Below, piece after piece: positions 1-14,348 of a DNA stretch of 64,000 nucleotides. The notes under the pieces are model-generated. The model was not told the DNA's origin, did no database searches, and saw only the letters and a program-made list of their open reading frames with translations. Source of the DNA: the human T2T-CHM13v2.0 reference genome, Homo sapiens; assembly GCF_009914755.1 (NCBI RefSeq), contig NC_060948.1. One strand, 5' to 3'. The translations under genes were made by a program, and so were the position numbers. The stretch's first letter is position 1. Every line of letters begins with the position of its first letter.

Positions 1-137
1 GAGAATGGAAACAAATGGAATGGAATTGAATGGAATGGAATTGAATGGAATGGGAAGGAATGGAGTGAAATTGTATGCAGTAGAAGAGAATAGAATGGAA
101 TGCAAGTGAAAGGAAAGGAATGGATTGGAATGGAATG

Positions 138-3100
138 GAATTCATTGGAATGGAAGGGAATGTAGTGTAATGGACAGGCCTGGAATAAAGTGGAATGCTA
201 CGGTCTCGAATGGAATAAAAATGTATGGAATGGAATGCAATGAAACGGAATCGAATGTCATAGAATGTAATGGAATGCAACAAAATGGAATCCAAAATCA
301 TTGACTGGAAAGGCTGGGTGTCGAAAGGAATTGACTCCAATGGAATGGAATCGAATGGAATGGAAGTGAATAGAATCGAACTAAATCGAATGGAAAGGAA
401 TTGATAGGAACGGAATGGAAAGGAATGCAATGATTTGGCATGGAATGGAATCGAATGGCATCGAATGGAATGGAATGGAATGCAATGGAATGGAATGTAT
501 TAGAATGTAATGAACTTTAATGGAATGTACTCGAATGGATTCGACTGGAATGGAATGTTCTGGAAGTGAATGGACTCCAATGGAATGGATTCAAAAGGAA
601 TGGAATCGTACGGAATGGAATCTAATGGAATGGAATTAAATGGAAATGAATCAAATTGAATAGCACGGAATTGAATTGAATGGAATGGAATGCAATGGAA
701 TCTAATGAAACGGAAAGGAAAGGAATGGAATGGAATGGAATGGGCTGGAATGGAAAGGAATCGAAACGAATGGAATGGAATCGAACTGAAGAGACTGGAA
801 TGGAATGCACTGGAATGGAAGGGAGTGTAATGGAAGGTTCTCGAAAAAAATGGAATCGAATGGAATGGAATTGAATGGAACGGAATAGAGTCGAATGGAA
901 TTGAATGGAATGGAATGGACTAGAGTGAAATGGAATCGAACCACAAGGAATGGACAGGAATAGAATGGTCTCGAATTGAATGGAATCGTATGGAATGGCA
1001 TCAAACGGAATGGAATGGACAGCCACGGAATGGAATGCACTCGAATGCAATGGAGTCGAAACTAATGGACTGGAATAGAATGGACTCGACTGGTACGGAC
1101 TCCAATGGAATGGAATCGAATGGAAGGGAATCGAACGGAATGGACTCGAAGGGAAAAGACTGCAATGGAAAGGTCTCGAATGGAATGGAAATTAATGGAA
1201 TGGAATGGAATCGAATGAAATGGAGTCAAAAGGAATGGAATCGAATGGCAAGAAATCGAATGTAATGGAATCGCAAGGAATTGATGTGAACGGAACGGAA
1301 TGGAATGGAATCCAAAGGAATGGAATAGAATGGAATGGAATCGAATGGAAAGGACTCGAATGGAAATCACTCGAATAGAATGCAATTTAATAAAATAGGA
1401 TCAAATGTAATGGAATGGAATGGAAAGGAATCGAAACGAAAGGAATGGAGACAGATGGAATGGAATGGAACAGAGAGCAATGGTATAGAATGGAATGGAA
1501 TCATCTGGAATGGAATTGAATGGAATGGAATAATATGAAATGGAATGGAATGGAATGGAATGCCCTTGAATTAAATGGACTGGAATGGAATGGACTCGAA
1601 CAGAGTGGAATGGAAAGTGTTGAGATAGAATGGAATGGACTCGTTTGGAATGGTCTAGTAGGCAATGCAATCGACTGGCAGGGAATCAAAAGGAATGTAA
1701 TGGAATGGATTGGACTGGAATGCAATGGACTCGAATAGATTGGAAACGGAATGCAAAGGAATGGAATGGAATAGTATGGAATGGAATGGAAAGGAATGCA
1801 GTGGAATAGACTAGAGTGGAATGGAATGGACTGGAAAGCAATGGACTGGAATGGAACTTTCTTGAATGGACTGGAATCAAACGGAATGGAATGCAATGCA
1901 ATCAAATGGCATGGAATAAAATAGAATGAAAGAGAATCAAATGGAATTGAATCGAATGGAATCGAATGGATTGGAAAGGAATAGAATGGAATGGAATGGA
2001 ATTGACTCAAATGGAATGGACTAGAATGGAATGGATTCGAATGGAAGGCAAAGGAATGGAATCTATTGGAATGGACTGTAATGGAATGGAATGGAAGGGA
2101 TTGGAATGGACTCGAATGGAATGGACTGCAATAGAAAGGATTCGAATGGAATGAAAAAGAATTGAATGGAATAGAACAGAATGGAATCAAATCGAATGAA
2201 ATGGAATGGAATAGAAAGGAATGGAATGAAATGGAATGGAAAGGATTCGAATGGAATGCAATCGAATGGAATGGAATCGAACGGAATGGAATAAAATGGA
2301 AGAAAACTGGCAAGAAATGGAATCGAAATGAATGGAGTGTTATGGAACGGACTCAAAAGGAATTGAATGTAATAGAATGGAGTGGAGTGGACTCGAATAT
2401 AATGGACTGGAATGGAATGAAATCACATGGAATGGGAACGAATGGAATGGAATGGAAAGGAATGGAATCGAATGGAAAGGAATCGAATGGAAGGGAATGA
2501 AATTGAATCAACAGGAATGGAAGGGAATAGAATAGACGGTAATGGAATGGACTCGAATAGAATGGACACGAATGCTCAAATTGAATGGACTCGAATGGAA
2601 TGGAAACGAAAGGAATGTCATCGAATGGAATTGAATCGATTGGAATGAAATCGCATAGAATGGAGTGGAATCAAATGGAATTGAATCGAAAGGAAAGGAA
2701 GCGAATGGACTGAAATGAAATGGAATGGAATTGAATGGAAAGTAATGCAATGGAATAGAATGGAACGAAATTTCACGGAATAAAATCAAACTGAATGGAA
2801 TCAAACCAATGGAATCAAATCAAATGGAATGGAAAGGAATTGAATGGAGTAGATTGGATTGGATGGGATTGGAATGAAATGTACTGGAAAGGACTCGAAT
2901 TTCATGAAACGGAATGGAATGAATTGGAACGGAACGGACTCGAATGGAATGGAATGTCATGGAATGGCATCAAATGGAATGGCATCAAATGGAATGGAAT
3001 CGAATGCAATGGAATGCTATGGAATGGAATGGAATGCATTTTAATGGAATGTCCTCTAATGGAATGGATTCGAGTGGAATGGAATCGAATATAATGGAGT

Positions 3101-3686
3101 CGAATGAAATGGAATTGAAAGGAATGGGATCGAATACAATGGAATATACTGGAATGTAATGTAATGAACTCGAATGTAATTGACTGGAATGGAATGTACA
3201 TGAATGGAATGTAATCGAATGGAAAGTAATCCAATGGAATAGAATCTAATGCAATAAAATCGACTCAGATAGAGTAGAATGTAATGGAATGGAGTGCAGT
3301 GCAATGGAATGGAATGGAATGGAATGCAATGGAATGGAATGGAATGGAATGGAATGGAATGGAATGGAATGGTGTGGAATGGATAGTAATGGACTGGAGT
3401 GAAATGGACTGGAAAGGAATGGACTCAAATTGAATGGGCTCGAAAGGAATGGAGTCAAATGGAATGGTCTGGAATGGAATGAACACGAATGTAATGCAAT
3501 CCAATAGAATGGAATCGAATGGCATGGAATATAAAGAAATGGAATCGAAGAGAATGGAAACAAATGGAATGGAATTGAGTGGAATGGAATTGAATGGAAT
3601 GGGAACCAATGGAGTGAAATTGTATGCAGTAGAAGAGAATAGAATGGAATGCAAGCGAAAGGAAAGGAATGGATTGGAATGGAATG
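138..3686 (+). repeat. DYZ1 unit (EcoRI to EcoRI, 3549 bp)
   Basis: GAATTC at 138 and 3687; ORF pattern repeats with the same offset (680 vs 4229). Confidence 0.92.
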
Positions 3687-6600
3687 GAATTCATTGGAAT
3701 GGAAGGGAATGTAGTGTAATGGACAGGCCTGGAATAAAGTGGAATGCTACGGTCTCGAATGGAATAAAAATGTATGGAATGGAATGCAATGAAACGGAAT
3801 CGAATGTCATAGAATGTAATGGAATGCAAAAAAATGGAATCCAAAATCATTGACTGGAAAGGCTGGGTGTCGAAAGGAATTGACTCCAATGGAATGGAAT
3901 CGAATGGAATGGAAGTGAATAGAATCGAACTAAATCGAATGGAATGGAATTGATAGGAACGGAATGGAAAGGAATGCAATGATTTGGCATGGAATGGAAT
4001 CGAATGGCATCGAATGGAATGGAATGGAATGCAATGGAATGGAATGTATTAGAATGTAATGAACTTTAATGGAATGTACTCGAATGGATTCGACTGGAAT
4101 GGAATGTTCTGGAAGTGAATGGACTCCAATGGAATGGATTCAAAAGGAATGGAATCGTACGGAATGGAATCTAATGGAATGGAATTAAATGGAAATGAAT
4201 CAAATTGAATAGCACGGAATTGAATTGAATGGAATGGAATGCAATGGAATCTAATGAAACGGAAAGGAAAGGAATGGAATGGAATGGAATGGGCTGGAAT
4301 GGAAAGGAATCGAAACGAATGGAATGGAATCGAACTGAAGAGACTGGAATGGAATGCACTGGAATGGAAGGGAGTGTAATGGAAGGTTCTCGGAAAAAAT
4401 GGAATGGAATGGAATGGAATTGAATGGAACGGAATAGAGTCGAATGGAATTGAATGGAATGGAATGGACTAGAGTGAATTGGAATCGAACCACAAGGAAT
4501 GGACAGGAATAGAATGGTCTCGAATTGAATGGAATCGTATGGAATGGCATCAAACGGAATGGAATGGACAGCCACGGAATGGAATGCACTCGAATGCAAT
4601 GGAGTCGAAACTAATGGACTGGAATAGAATGGACTCGACTGGTACGGACTCCAATGGAATGGAATCGAATGGAAGGGAATCGAACGGAATGGAATCGGAG
4701 GGAAAAGACTGCAATGGAAAGGTCTCAAATGGAATGGAAATTAATGGAATGGAATGGAATCGAATGAAATGGAGTCAAAAGCAATGGAATCGAATGGCAA
4801 GAAATCGAATGTAATGGAATCGCAAGGAATTGATGTGAACGGAACGGAATGGAATGGAATCCAAAGGAATGGAATAGAATGGAATGGAATCGAATGGAAA
4901 GGACTCGAATGGAAATCACTCGAATAGAATGCAATTTAATAAAATAGGATCAAATGTAATGGAATGGAATGGAAAGGAATCGAAACTAAAGGAATGGAGA
5001 CAGATGGAATGGAATAGAACAGAGAGCAATGGTATAGAATGGAATGGAATCATCTGGAATGGAATTGAATGGAATGGAATAATATGAAATGGAATGGAAT
5101 GGAATGGAATGGAATGCCCTTGAATTAAATGGACTGGAATGGAATGGACTCGAACAGAGTGGAATGGAAAGTGTTGAGATAGAATGGAATGGACTCCTTT
5201 GGAATGGTGTAGTATGCAATGCAATCGACTGGCAGGGTATCAAAAGGAATTTAATCGAATGGATTGGACTGGAATGCAATGGACTCGAATAGATTGGAAA
5301 CGGAATGCAAAGGAATGGAATGGAATAGTATGGAATGGAATGGAAAGGAATGGAGTGGAATAGACTAGAGTGGAATGGAATGGACTGGAAAGCAATGGAC
5401 TGGAATGGAACTCTCTTGAATGGACTGGAATCAAACGGAATGGAATGCAATGCAATCAAATGGCATGGAATAAAATAGAATGAAAGAGAATCAAATGGAA
5501 TTGAATCGAATGGAATCGAATGGATTGGAAAGGAATAGAATGGAATGGAATGGAATGGACTAGAATGGAATGGATTCGAATGGAAGGCAAAGGAATGGAA
5601 TCTATTGGAATGGACTGTAATGGAATGGAATGGAAGGGATTGGAATGGACTCGAATGGAATGGACTGCAATAGAAAGGATTCGAATGGAATGAAAAAGAG
5701 TTGAATGGAATAGAACAGAATGGAATCAAATCGAATGAAATGGAATGGAATAGAAAGGAATGGAATGAAATGGAATGGAAAGGATTCGAATGGAATGCAA
5801 TCGAATGGAATGGAATCGAACGGAATGGAATAAAATGGAAGAAAACTGGCAAGAAATGGAATCGAAATGAATGGAGTGTTATGGAACGGACTCAAAAGGA
5901 ATTGAATGTAATAGAATGGAGTGGAGTGGACTCGAATATAATGGACTGGAATGGAATGAAATCACATGGAATGGGAACGAATGGAATGGAATGGAAAGGA
6001 ATGGAATCGAATGGAAAGGAATCGAATGGAAGGGAATGAAATTGAATCAACAGGAATGGAAGGGAATAGAATAGACGGTAATGGAATGGACTCGAATAGA
6101 ATGGACACGAATGCTCAAATTGAATGGACTCGAATGGAATGGAAACGAAAGGAATGTCACCGAATGGAATTGAATCGATTGGAATGAAATCGCATAGAAT
6201 GGAGTGGAATCAAATGGAATTGAATCGAAAGGAAAGGAAGCGAATGGACTGAAATGAAATGGAATGGAATTGAATGGAAAGTAATGCAATGGAATAGAAT
6301 GGAACGAAATTTCACGGAATGGAATCAAACTGAATGGAATCAAATCAATGGAATCCAATCAAATGGAATGGAGTAGATTGGATTGGATGGGATTGGAATG
6401 AAATATACTGGAAAGGACTCGAATCTCATGAAACGGAATGGAATGAATTGGAACGGAATGGACTCGAATGGAATGGAATGTCATAGAATGGCATCAAATG
6501 GAATGGCATCAAATGGAATGGAATCGAATGCAATGGAATGCTATGGAATGGAATGGAATGCATTGGAATGGAATGTCCTCTAATGGAATGGATTCGAGTG

Positions 6601-7210
6601 GAATGGAATCGAATATAATGGAGTCGAATGAAATGGAATTGAAAGGAATGGGATCGAATACAATGGAATATACTGGAATGTAATGTAATGAACTCGAATG
6701 TAATTGACTGGAATGGAATGTACATGAATGGAATGTAATCGAATGGAAAGTAATCCAATGGAATAGAATCTAATGCAATAAAATCGACTCAGATAGAGTA
6801 GAATGTAATGGAATGGAGTGCAGTGCAATGGAATGGAATGGAATGGAATGTAATGGAATGGAATGGAATGGAATGGAATGGAATGGGATGGAATGGTATG
6901 GAATGGATAGTAATGGACTGGAGTGAAATGGACTGGAAAGGAATGGACTCAAATTGAAAGGGCTGGAAAGGAATGGAGTCAAATGGAATGGTCTGGAATG
7001 GAATGAACACGAAAGTAATGCAATCCAATAGAATGGAATCGAATAGCATGGAATATAATGAAATGGAATCGAAGAGAATGGAAACAAATGGAATGGAATT
7101 GAATGGAATGGAATTGAATGGAATGGGAACGAATGGAGTGAAATTGTATGCAGTAGAAGGGAATAGAATGGAATGCAAGCGAAAGGAAAGGAATGGATTG
7201 GAATGGAATG
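3687..7210 (+). repeat. DYZ1 unit (3524 bp; two 15-bp deletions)
   Basis: GAATTC at 3687 and 7211; lacks GGAATTGACTCAAAT (~5555) and GGAAAGGAATTGAAT (~6368). Confidence 0.92.
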
Positions 7211-10200
7211 GAATTCATTGGAATGGAAGGGAATGTAGTGTATTGGACAGGCCTGGAATAAAGTGGAATGCTACGGTCTCGAATGGAATAAAAATGTATG
7301 GAATGGAATGCAATGAAACGGAATCGAATGTCATAGAATGTAATGGAATGCAAAAAAATGGAATCCAAAATCATTGACTGGAAAGGCTGGGTGTCGAAAG
7401 GAATTGACTCCAATGGAATGGAATCGAATGGAATGGAAGTGAATAGAATCGAACTAAATCGAATGGAATGGAATTGATAGGAACGGAATGGAAAGGAATG
7501 CAATGATTTGGCACGGAATGGAATCGAATGGCATCGAATGGAATGGAATGGAATGCAATGGAATGGAACGTATTAGAATGTAATGAACTTTAATGGAATG
7601 TACTCGAATGGAATCGACTGGAATGGAATGTTCTGGAAGTGAATGGACTCCAATGGAATGGATTCAAAAGGAATGGAATCGTACGGAATGGAATCTAATG
7701 GAATGGAATTAAATGGAAATGAATCAAATTGAATAGCATGGAATTGAATTGAATGGAATCGAAAGCAATGGAATCTAATGAAACGGAAAGGAAAGGAATG
7801 GAATGGAATGGAATGGGCTGGAATGGAAAGGAATCGAAACGAATGGAATGGAATCGAATTGACGAGACTGGAATGGAATGCACTGGAATGGAAGGGAGTG
7901 TTATGGAAGGTTCTCGAAAAAAATGGAATCGAATGGAATGGAATTGAATGGAACGGAATAGAGTCGAATGGAATTGAATAGAATGGAATGGACTAGAGTG
8001 AAATGGAATCGAACCACAAGGAATGGACAGGAATAGAATGGTCTCGAATTGAATGGAATCGTATGGAATGGCATCAAACGGAATGGAATGGACAGCCACG
8101 GAATGGAATGCACTCGAATGCAATGGAGTCGAAACTAATGGACTGGAATAGAATGGACTCGACTGGTACGGACTCCAATGGAATGGAATCGAATGGAAGG
8201 GAATCGAACGGAATGGACTCGAAGGGAAAAGACTGCAATGGAAAGGTCTCGAATGGAATGGAAATTAATGGAATGGAATGGAATCGAATGAAATGGAGTC
8301 AAAAGGAATGGAATCGAATGGCAAGAAATCGAATGTAATGGAATCGCAAGGAATTGATGTGAACGGAACGGAATGGAATGGAATCCAAAGGAATGGAATA
8401 GAATGGAATGGAATCGAATGGAAAGGACTCGAATGGAAATCACTCGAATAGAATGCAATTTAATAAAATAGGATCAAATGTAATGGAATGGAATGGAAAG
8501 GAATCGAAACGAAAGGAATGGAGACAGATGGAATGGAATGGAACAGAGAGCAATGGTATAGAATGGAATGGAATCATCTGGAATGGAATTGAATGGAATG
8601 GAATAATATGAAATGGAATGGAATGGAATGGAATGGAATGCCCTTGAATTAAATGGACTGGAATGGAATGGACTCGAACAGAGTGGAATGGAAAGTGTTG
8701 AGATAGAATGGAATGGACTCCTTTGGAATGGTCTAGTATGCAATGCAATCGACTGGCAGGGAATCAAAAGGAATGTAATGGAATGGATTGGACTGGAATG
8801 CAATGGACTCGAATAGATTGGAAACGGAATGCAAAGGAATGGAATGGAATAGTATGGAATGGAATGGAAAGGAATGGAGTGGAATAGACTAGAGTGGAAT
8901 GGAATGGACTGGAAAGCAATAGACTGGAATGGAACTTTCTTGAATGGACTGGAATCAAACGGAATGGAATGCAATGCAATCAAATGGCATGGAATAAAAT
9001 AGAATGAAAGAGAATCAAATGGAATTGAATCGAATGGAATCGAATGGATTGGAAAGGAATAGAATGGAATGGAATGGAATTGACTCAAATGGAATGGACT
9101 AGAATGGAATGGATTCGAATGGAAGGCAAAGGAATGGAATCTATTGGAATGGACTGTAATGGAATGGAATGGAAGGGATTGGAATGGACTCGAATGGAAT
9201 GGACTGCAATAGAAAGGATTCGAATGGAATGAAAAAGAATTGAATGGAATAGAACAGAATGGAATCAAATCGAATGAAATGGAATGGAATAGAAAGGAAT
9301 GGAATGAAATGGAATGGAAAGGATTCGAATGGAATGCAATCGAATGGAATGGAATCGAACGGAATGGAATAAAATGGAAGAAAACTGGCAAGAAATGGAA
9401 TCGAAATGAATGGAGTGTTATGGAACGGACTCAAAAGGAATTGAATGTAATAGAATGGAGTGGAGTGGACTCGAATATAATGGACTGGAATGGAATGAAA
9501 TCACATGGAATGGGAACGAATGGAATGGAATGGAAAGGAATGGAATCGAATGGAAAGGAATCGAATGGAAGGGAATGAAATTGAATCAACAGGAATGGAA
9601 GGGAATAGAATAGACGGTAATGGAATGGACTCGAATAGAATGGACACGAATGCTCAAATTGAATGGACTCGAATGGAATGGAAACGAAAGGAATGTCATC
9701 GAATGGAATTGAATCGATTGGAATGAAATCGCATAGAATGGAGTGGAATCAAATGGAATTGAATCGAAAGGAAAGGAAGCGAATGGACTGAAATGAAATG
9801 GAATGGAATTGAATGGAAAGTAATGCAATGGAATAGAATGGAACGAAATTTCACGGAATGGAATCAAACTGAATGGAATCAAATCAATGGAATCTAATCA
9901 AATGGAATGGAAAGGAATTGAAAGGAGTAGATTGGATTGGATGGGATTGGAATGAAATGTACTGGAAAGGACTCGAATTTCATGAAACGGAATGGAATGA
10001 ATTGGAACGGAATGGACTCGAATGGAATGGAATGTCATGGAATGGCATCAAATGGAATGGCATCAAATGGAATGGAATCGAATGCAATGGAATGCTATGG
10101 AATGGAATGGAATGCATTGGAATGGAATGTCCTCTAATGGAATGGATTCGAGTGGAATGGCATCGAATATAATGGAGTCGAATGAAATGGAATTGAAAAG

Positions 10201-10784
10201 AATGGGATCGAATACCATGGAATATACTGGAATGTAATGTAATGAACTCGAATGTAATTGACTGGAATGGAATGTACATGAATGGAATGTAATCGAATGG
10301 AAAGTAATCCAATGGAATAGAATCTAATGCAATAAAATCGACTCAAATAGAGTAGAATGTAATGGAATGGAGTGCAGTGCAATGGAATGGAATGGAATGG
10401 AATGCAATGGAATGGAATGGAATGGAATGGAATGGAATGGAATGGAATGGAATGGAATGGGATGGAATGGTGTGGAATGGATAGTAATGGACTGGAGTGA
10501 AATGGACTGGAAAGGAATGGACTCAAATTGAAAGGGCTCGAAAGGAATGGAGTCAAATGGAACGGTCTGGAATGGAATGAACACGAATGTAAGGCAATCC
10601 AATAGAATGGAATCGAATGGCATGGAATATAAAGAAATGGAATCGAAGAGAATGGAAACAAATGGAATGGAATTGAATGGAATGGAATTGAATGGAATGG
10701 GAACGAATGGAGTGAAATTGTATGCAGTAGAAGAGAATAGAATGGAATGCAAGTGAAAGGAAAGGAATGGATTGGAATGGAATG
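7211..10784 (+). repeat. DYZ1 unit (3574 bp)
   Basis: GAATTC at 7211 and 10785. Confidence 0.92.
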
Positions 10785-13700
10785 GAATTCATTGGAATGG
10801 AAGGGAATGTAGTGTAATGGACAGGCCTGGAATAAAGTGGAATGCTACGGTCTCGAATGGAATAAAAATGTATGGAATGGAATGCAATGAAACGGAATCG
10901 AATGTCATAGAATGTAATGGAATGCAACAAAATGGAATCCAAAATCATTGACTGGAAAGGCTGGGTGTCGAAAGGAATTGACTCCAATGGAATGGAATCG
11001 AATGGAATGGAAGTGAATAGAATCGAACTAAATCGAATGGAATGGAATTGATAGGAACGGAATGGAGAGGAATGCAATGATTTGGCATGGAATGCAATTG
11101 AATGGCATCGAATTAAATGGAATGGAATGCAATGGAATGGAATGTATTAGAATGTAATGAACTTTAATGGAATGTACTCGAATGGATTCGACTGGAATGG
11201 AATGTTCTGGAAGTGAATGGACTCCAATGGAATGGATTCAAAAGGAATGGAATCGTACGGAATGGAATCTAATGGAATGGAATTAAATGGAAATGAATCA
11301 AATTGAATAGCACGGAATTGAATTGAATGGAATGGAATGCAATGGAATCTAATGAAACGGAAAGGAAAGGAATGGAATGGAATGGAATGGGCTGGAATGG
11401 AAAGGAATCGAAACGAATGGAATGGAATCGAACTGAAGAGACTGGAATGGAATGCACTGGAATGGAAGGGAGTGTAATGGAAGGTTCTCGAAAAAAATGG
11501 AATCGAATGGAATGGAATTGAATGGAACGGAATAGAGTCGAATGGAATTGAATGGAATGGAATGGACTAGAGTGAAATGGAATCGAACCACAAGGAATGG
11601 ACAGGAATAGAATGGTCTCGAATTGAATGGAATCGTATGGAATGGCATCAAACGGAATGGAATGGACAGCCACGGAATGGAATGCACTCGAATGCAATGG
11701 AGTCGAAACTAATGGACTGGAATAGAATGGACTCGACTGGTACGGACTCCAATGGAATGGAATCGAATGGAAGGGAATCGAACGGAATGGACTCGAAGGG
11801 AAAAGACTGCAATGGAAAGGTCTCGAATGGAATGGAAATTAATGGAATGGAATGGAATCGAATGAAATGGAGTCAAAAGGAATGGAATCGAATGGCAAGA
11901 AATCGAATGTAATGGAATCGCAAGGAATTGATGTGAACGGAACGGAATGGAATGGAATCCAAAGGAATGGAATAGAATGGAATGGAATCGAATGGAAAGG
12001 ACTCGAATGGAAATCACTCGAATAGAATGCAATTTAATAAAATAGGATCAAATGTAATGGAATGGAATGGAAAGGAATCGAAACGAAAGGAATGGAGACA
12101 GATGGAATGGAATGGAACAGAGAGCAATGGTATAGAATGGAATGGAATCATCTGGAATGGAATTGAATGGAATGGAATAATATGAAATGGAATGGAATGG
12201 AATGGAATGCCCTTGAATTAAATGGACTGTAATGGAATGGACTCGAACAGAGTGGAATGGAAAGTGTTGAGATAGAATGGAATGGACTCGTTTGGAATGG
12301 TCTAGTATGCAATGCAATCGACTGGCAGGGAATCAAAAGGAATGTAATGGAATGGATTGGACTGGAATGCAATGGACTCGAATAGATTGGAAACGGAATG
12401 CAAAGGAATGGAATGGAATAGTATGGAATGGAATGGAAAGGAATGGAGTGGAATAGACTAGAGTGGAATGGAATGGACTGGAAAGCAATAGACTGGAATG
12501 GAACTTTCTTGAATGGACTGGAATCAAACGGAATGGAATGCAATGCAATCAAATGGCATGGAATAAAATAGAATGAAAGAGAATCAAATGGAATTGAATC
12601 GAATGGAATCGAATGGATTGGAAAGGAATAGAATGGAATGGAATGGAATTGACTCAAATGGAATGGACTAGAATGGAATGGATTCGAATGGAAGGCAAAG
12701 GAATGGAATCTATTGGAATGGACTGTAATGGAATGGAATGGAAGGGATTGGAATGGACTCGAATGGAATGGACTGCAATAGAAAGGATTCGAATGGAATG
12801 AAAAAGAATTGAATGGAATAGAACAGAATGGAATCAAATCGAATGAAATGGAGTGGAATAGAAAGGAATGGAATGAAATGGAATGGAAAGGATTCGAATG
12901 GAATGCAATCGAATGGAATGGAATCGAACGGAATGGAATAAAATGGAAGAAAACTGGCAAGAAATGGAATCGAAATGAATGGAGTGTTATGGAACGGACT
13001 CAAAAGGAATTGAATGTAATAGAATGGAGTGGAGTGGACTCGAATATAATGGACTGGAATGGAATGAAATCACATGGAATGGGAACGAATGGAATGGAAT
13101 GGAAAGGAATGGAATCGAATGGAAAGGAATCGAATGGAAGGGAATGAAATTGAATCAACAGGAATGGAAGGGAATAGAATAGACGGTAATGGAATGGACT
13201 CGAATAGAATGGACACGAATGCTCAAATTGAATGGACTCGAATGGAATGGAAACGAAAGGAATGTCATCGAATGGAATTGAATCGATTGGAATGAAATCG
13301 CATAGAATGGAGTGGAATCAAATGGAATTGAATCGAAAGGAAAGGAAGCGAATGGACTGAAATGAAATGGAATGGAATTGAATGGAAAGTAATGCAATGG
13401 AATAGAATGGAACGAAATTTCACGGAATGGAATCAAACTGAATGGAATCAAATCAATGGAATCTAATCAAATGGAATGGAAAGGAATTGAATGGAGTAGA
13501 TTGGATTGGATGGGATTGGAATGAAATGTACTGGAAAGGACTCGAATTTCATGAAACGGAATGGAATGAATTGGAACGGAATGGACTCGAATGGAATGGA
13601 ATGTCATGGAATGGCATCAAATGGAATGGCATCAAATGGAATGGAATCGAATGCAATGGAATGCTATGGAATGGAATGGAATGCATTGGAATGGAATGTC

Positions 13701-14348
13701 CTCTAATGGAATGGATTCGAGTGGAATGGCATCGAATATAATGGAGTCGAATGAAATGGAATTGAAAAGAATGGGATCGAATACCATGGAATATACTGGA
13801 ATGTAATGTAATGAACTCGAATGTAATTGACTGGAATGGAATGTACATGAATGGAATGTAATCGAATGGAAAGTAATCCAATGGAATAGAAACTAATGCA
13901 ATAAAATCGACTCAAATAGAGTAGAATGTAATGGAATGGAGTGCAGTGCAATGGAATGGAATGGAATGGAATGCAATGGAATGGAATGGAATGTTATGGA
14001 ATGGAATGGAATGGATTGGAATGGGATGGAATGGTATGGAATGGATAGTAATGGACTGGAGTGAAATGGACTGGAAAGGAATGGACTCAAATTGAAAGGG
14101 CTCGAAAGGAATGGAGTCAAATGGAATAGTCTGGAATGGAATGAACACGAATGTAATGCAATCCAATAGAATGTAATCGAATGGCATGGAATATAAAGAA
14201 ATGGAATCGAAGAGAATGGAAACAAATGGAATGGAATTGAATGGAATGGAATTGAATGGAATGGGAACGAATGGAGTGAAATTGTATGCAGTAGAAGAGA
14301 ATAGAATGGAATGCAAGCGAAAGGAAAGGAATGGATTGGAATGGAATG
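10785..14348 (+). repeat. DYZ1 unit (3564 bp, canonical length)
   Basis: GAATTC at 10785 and 14349. Confidence 0.92.
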
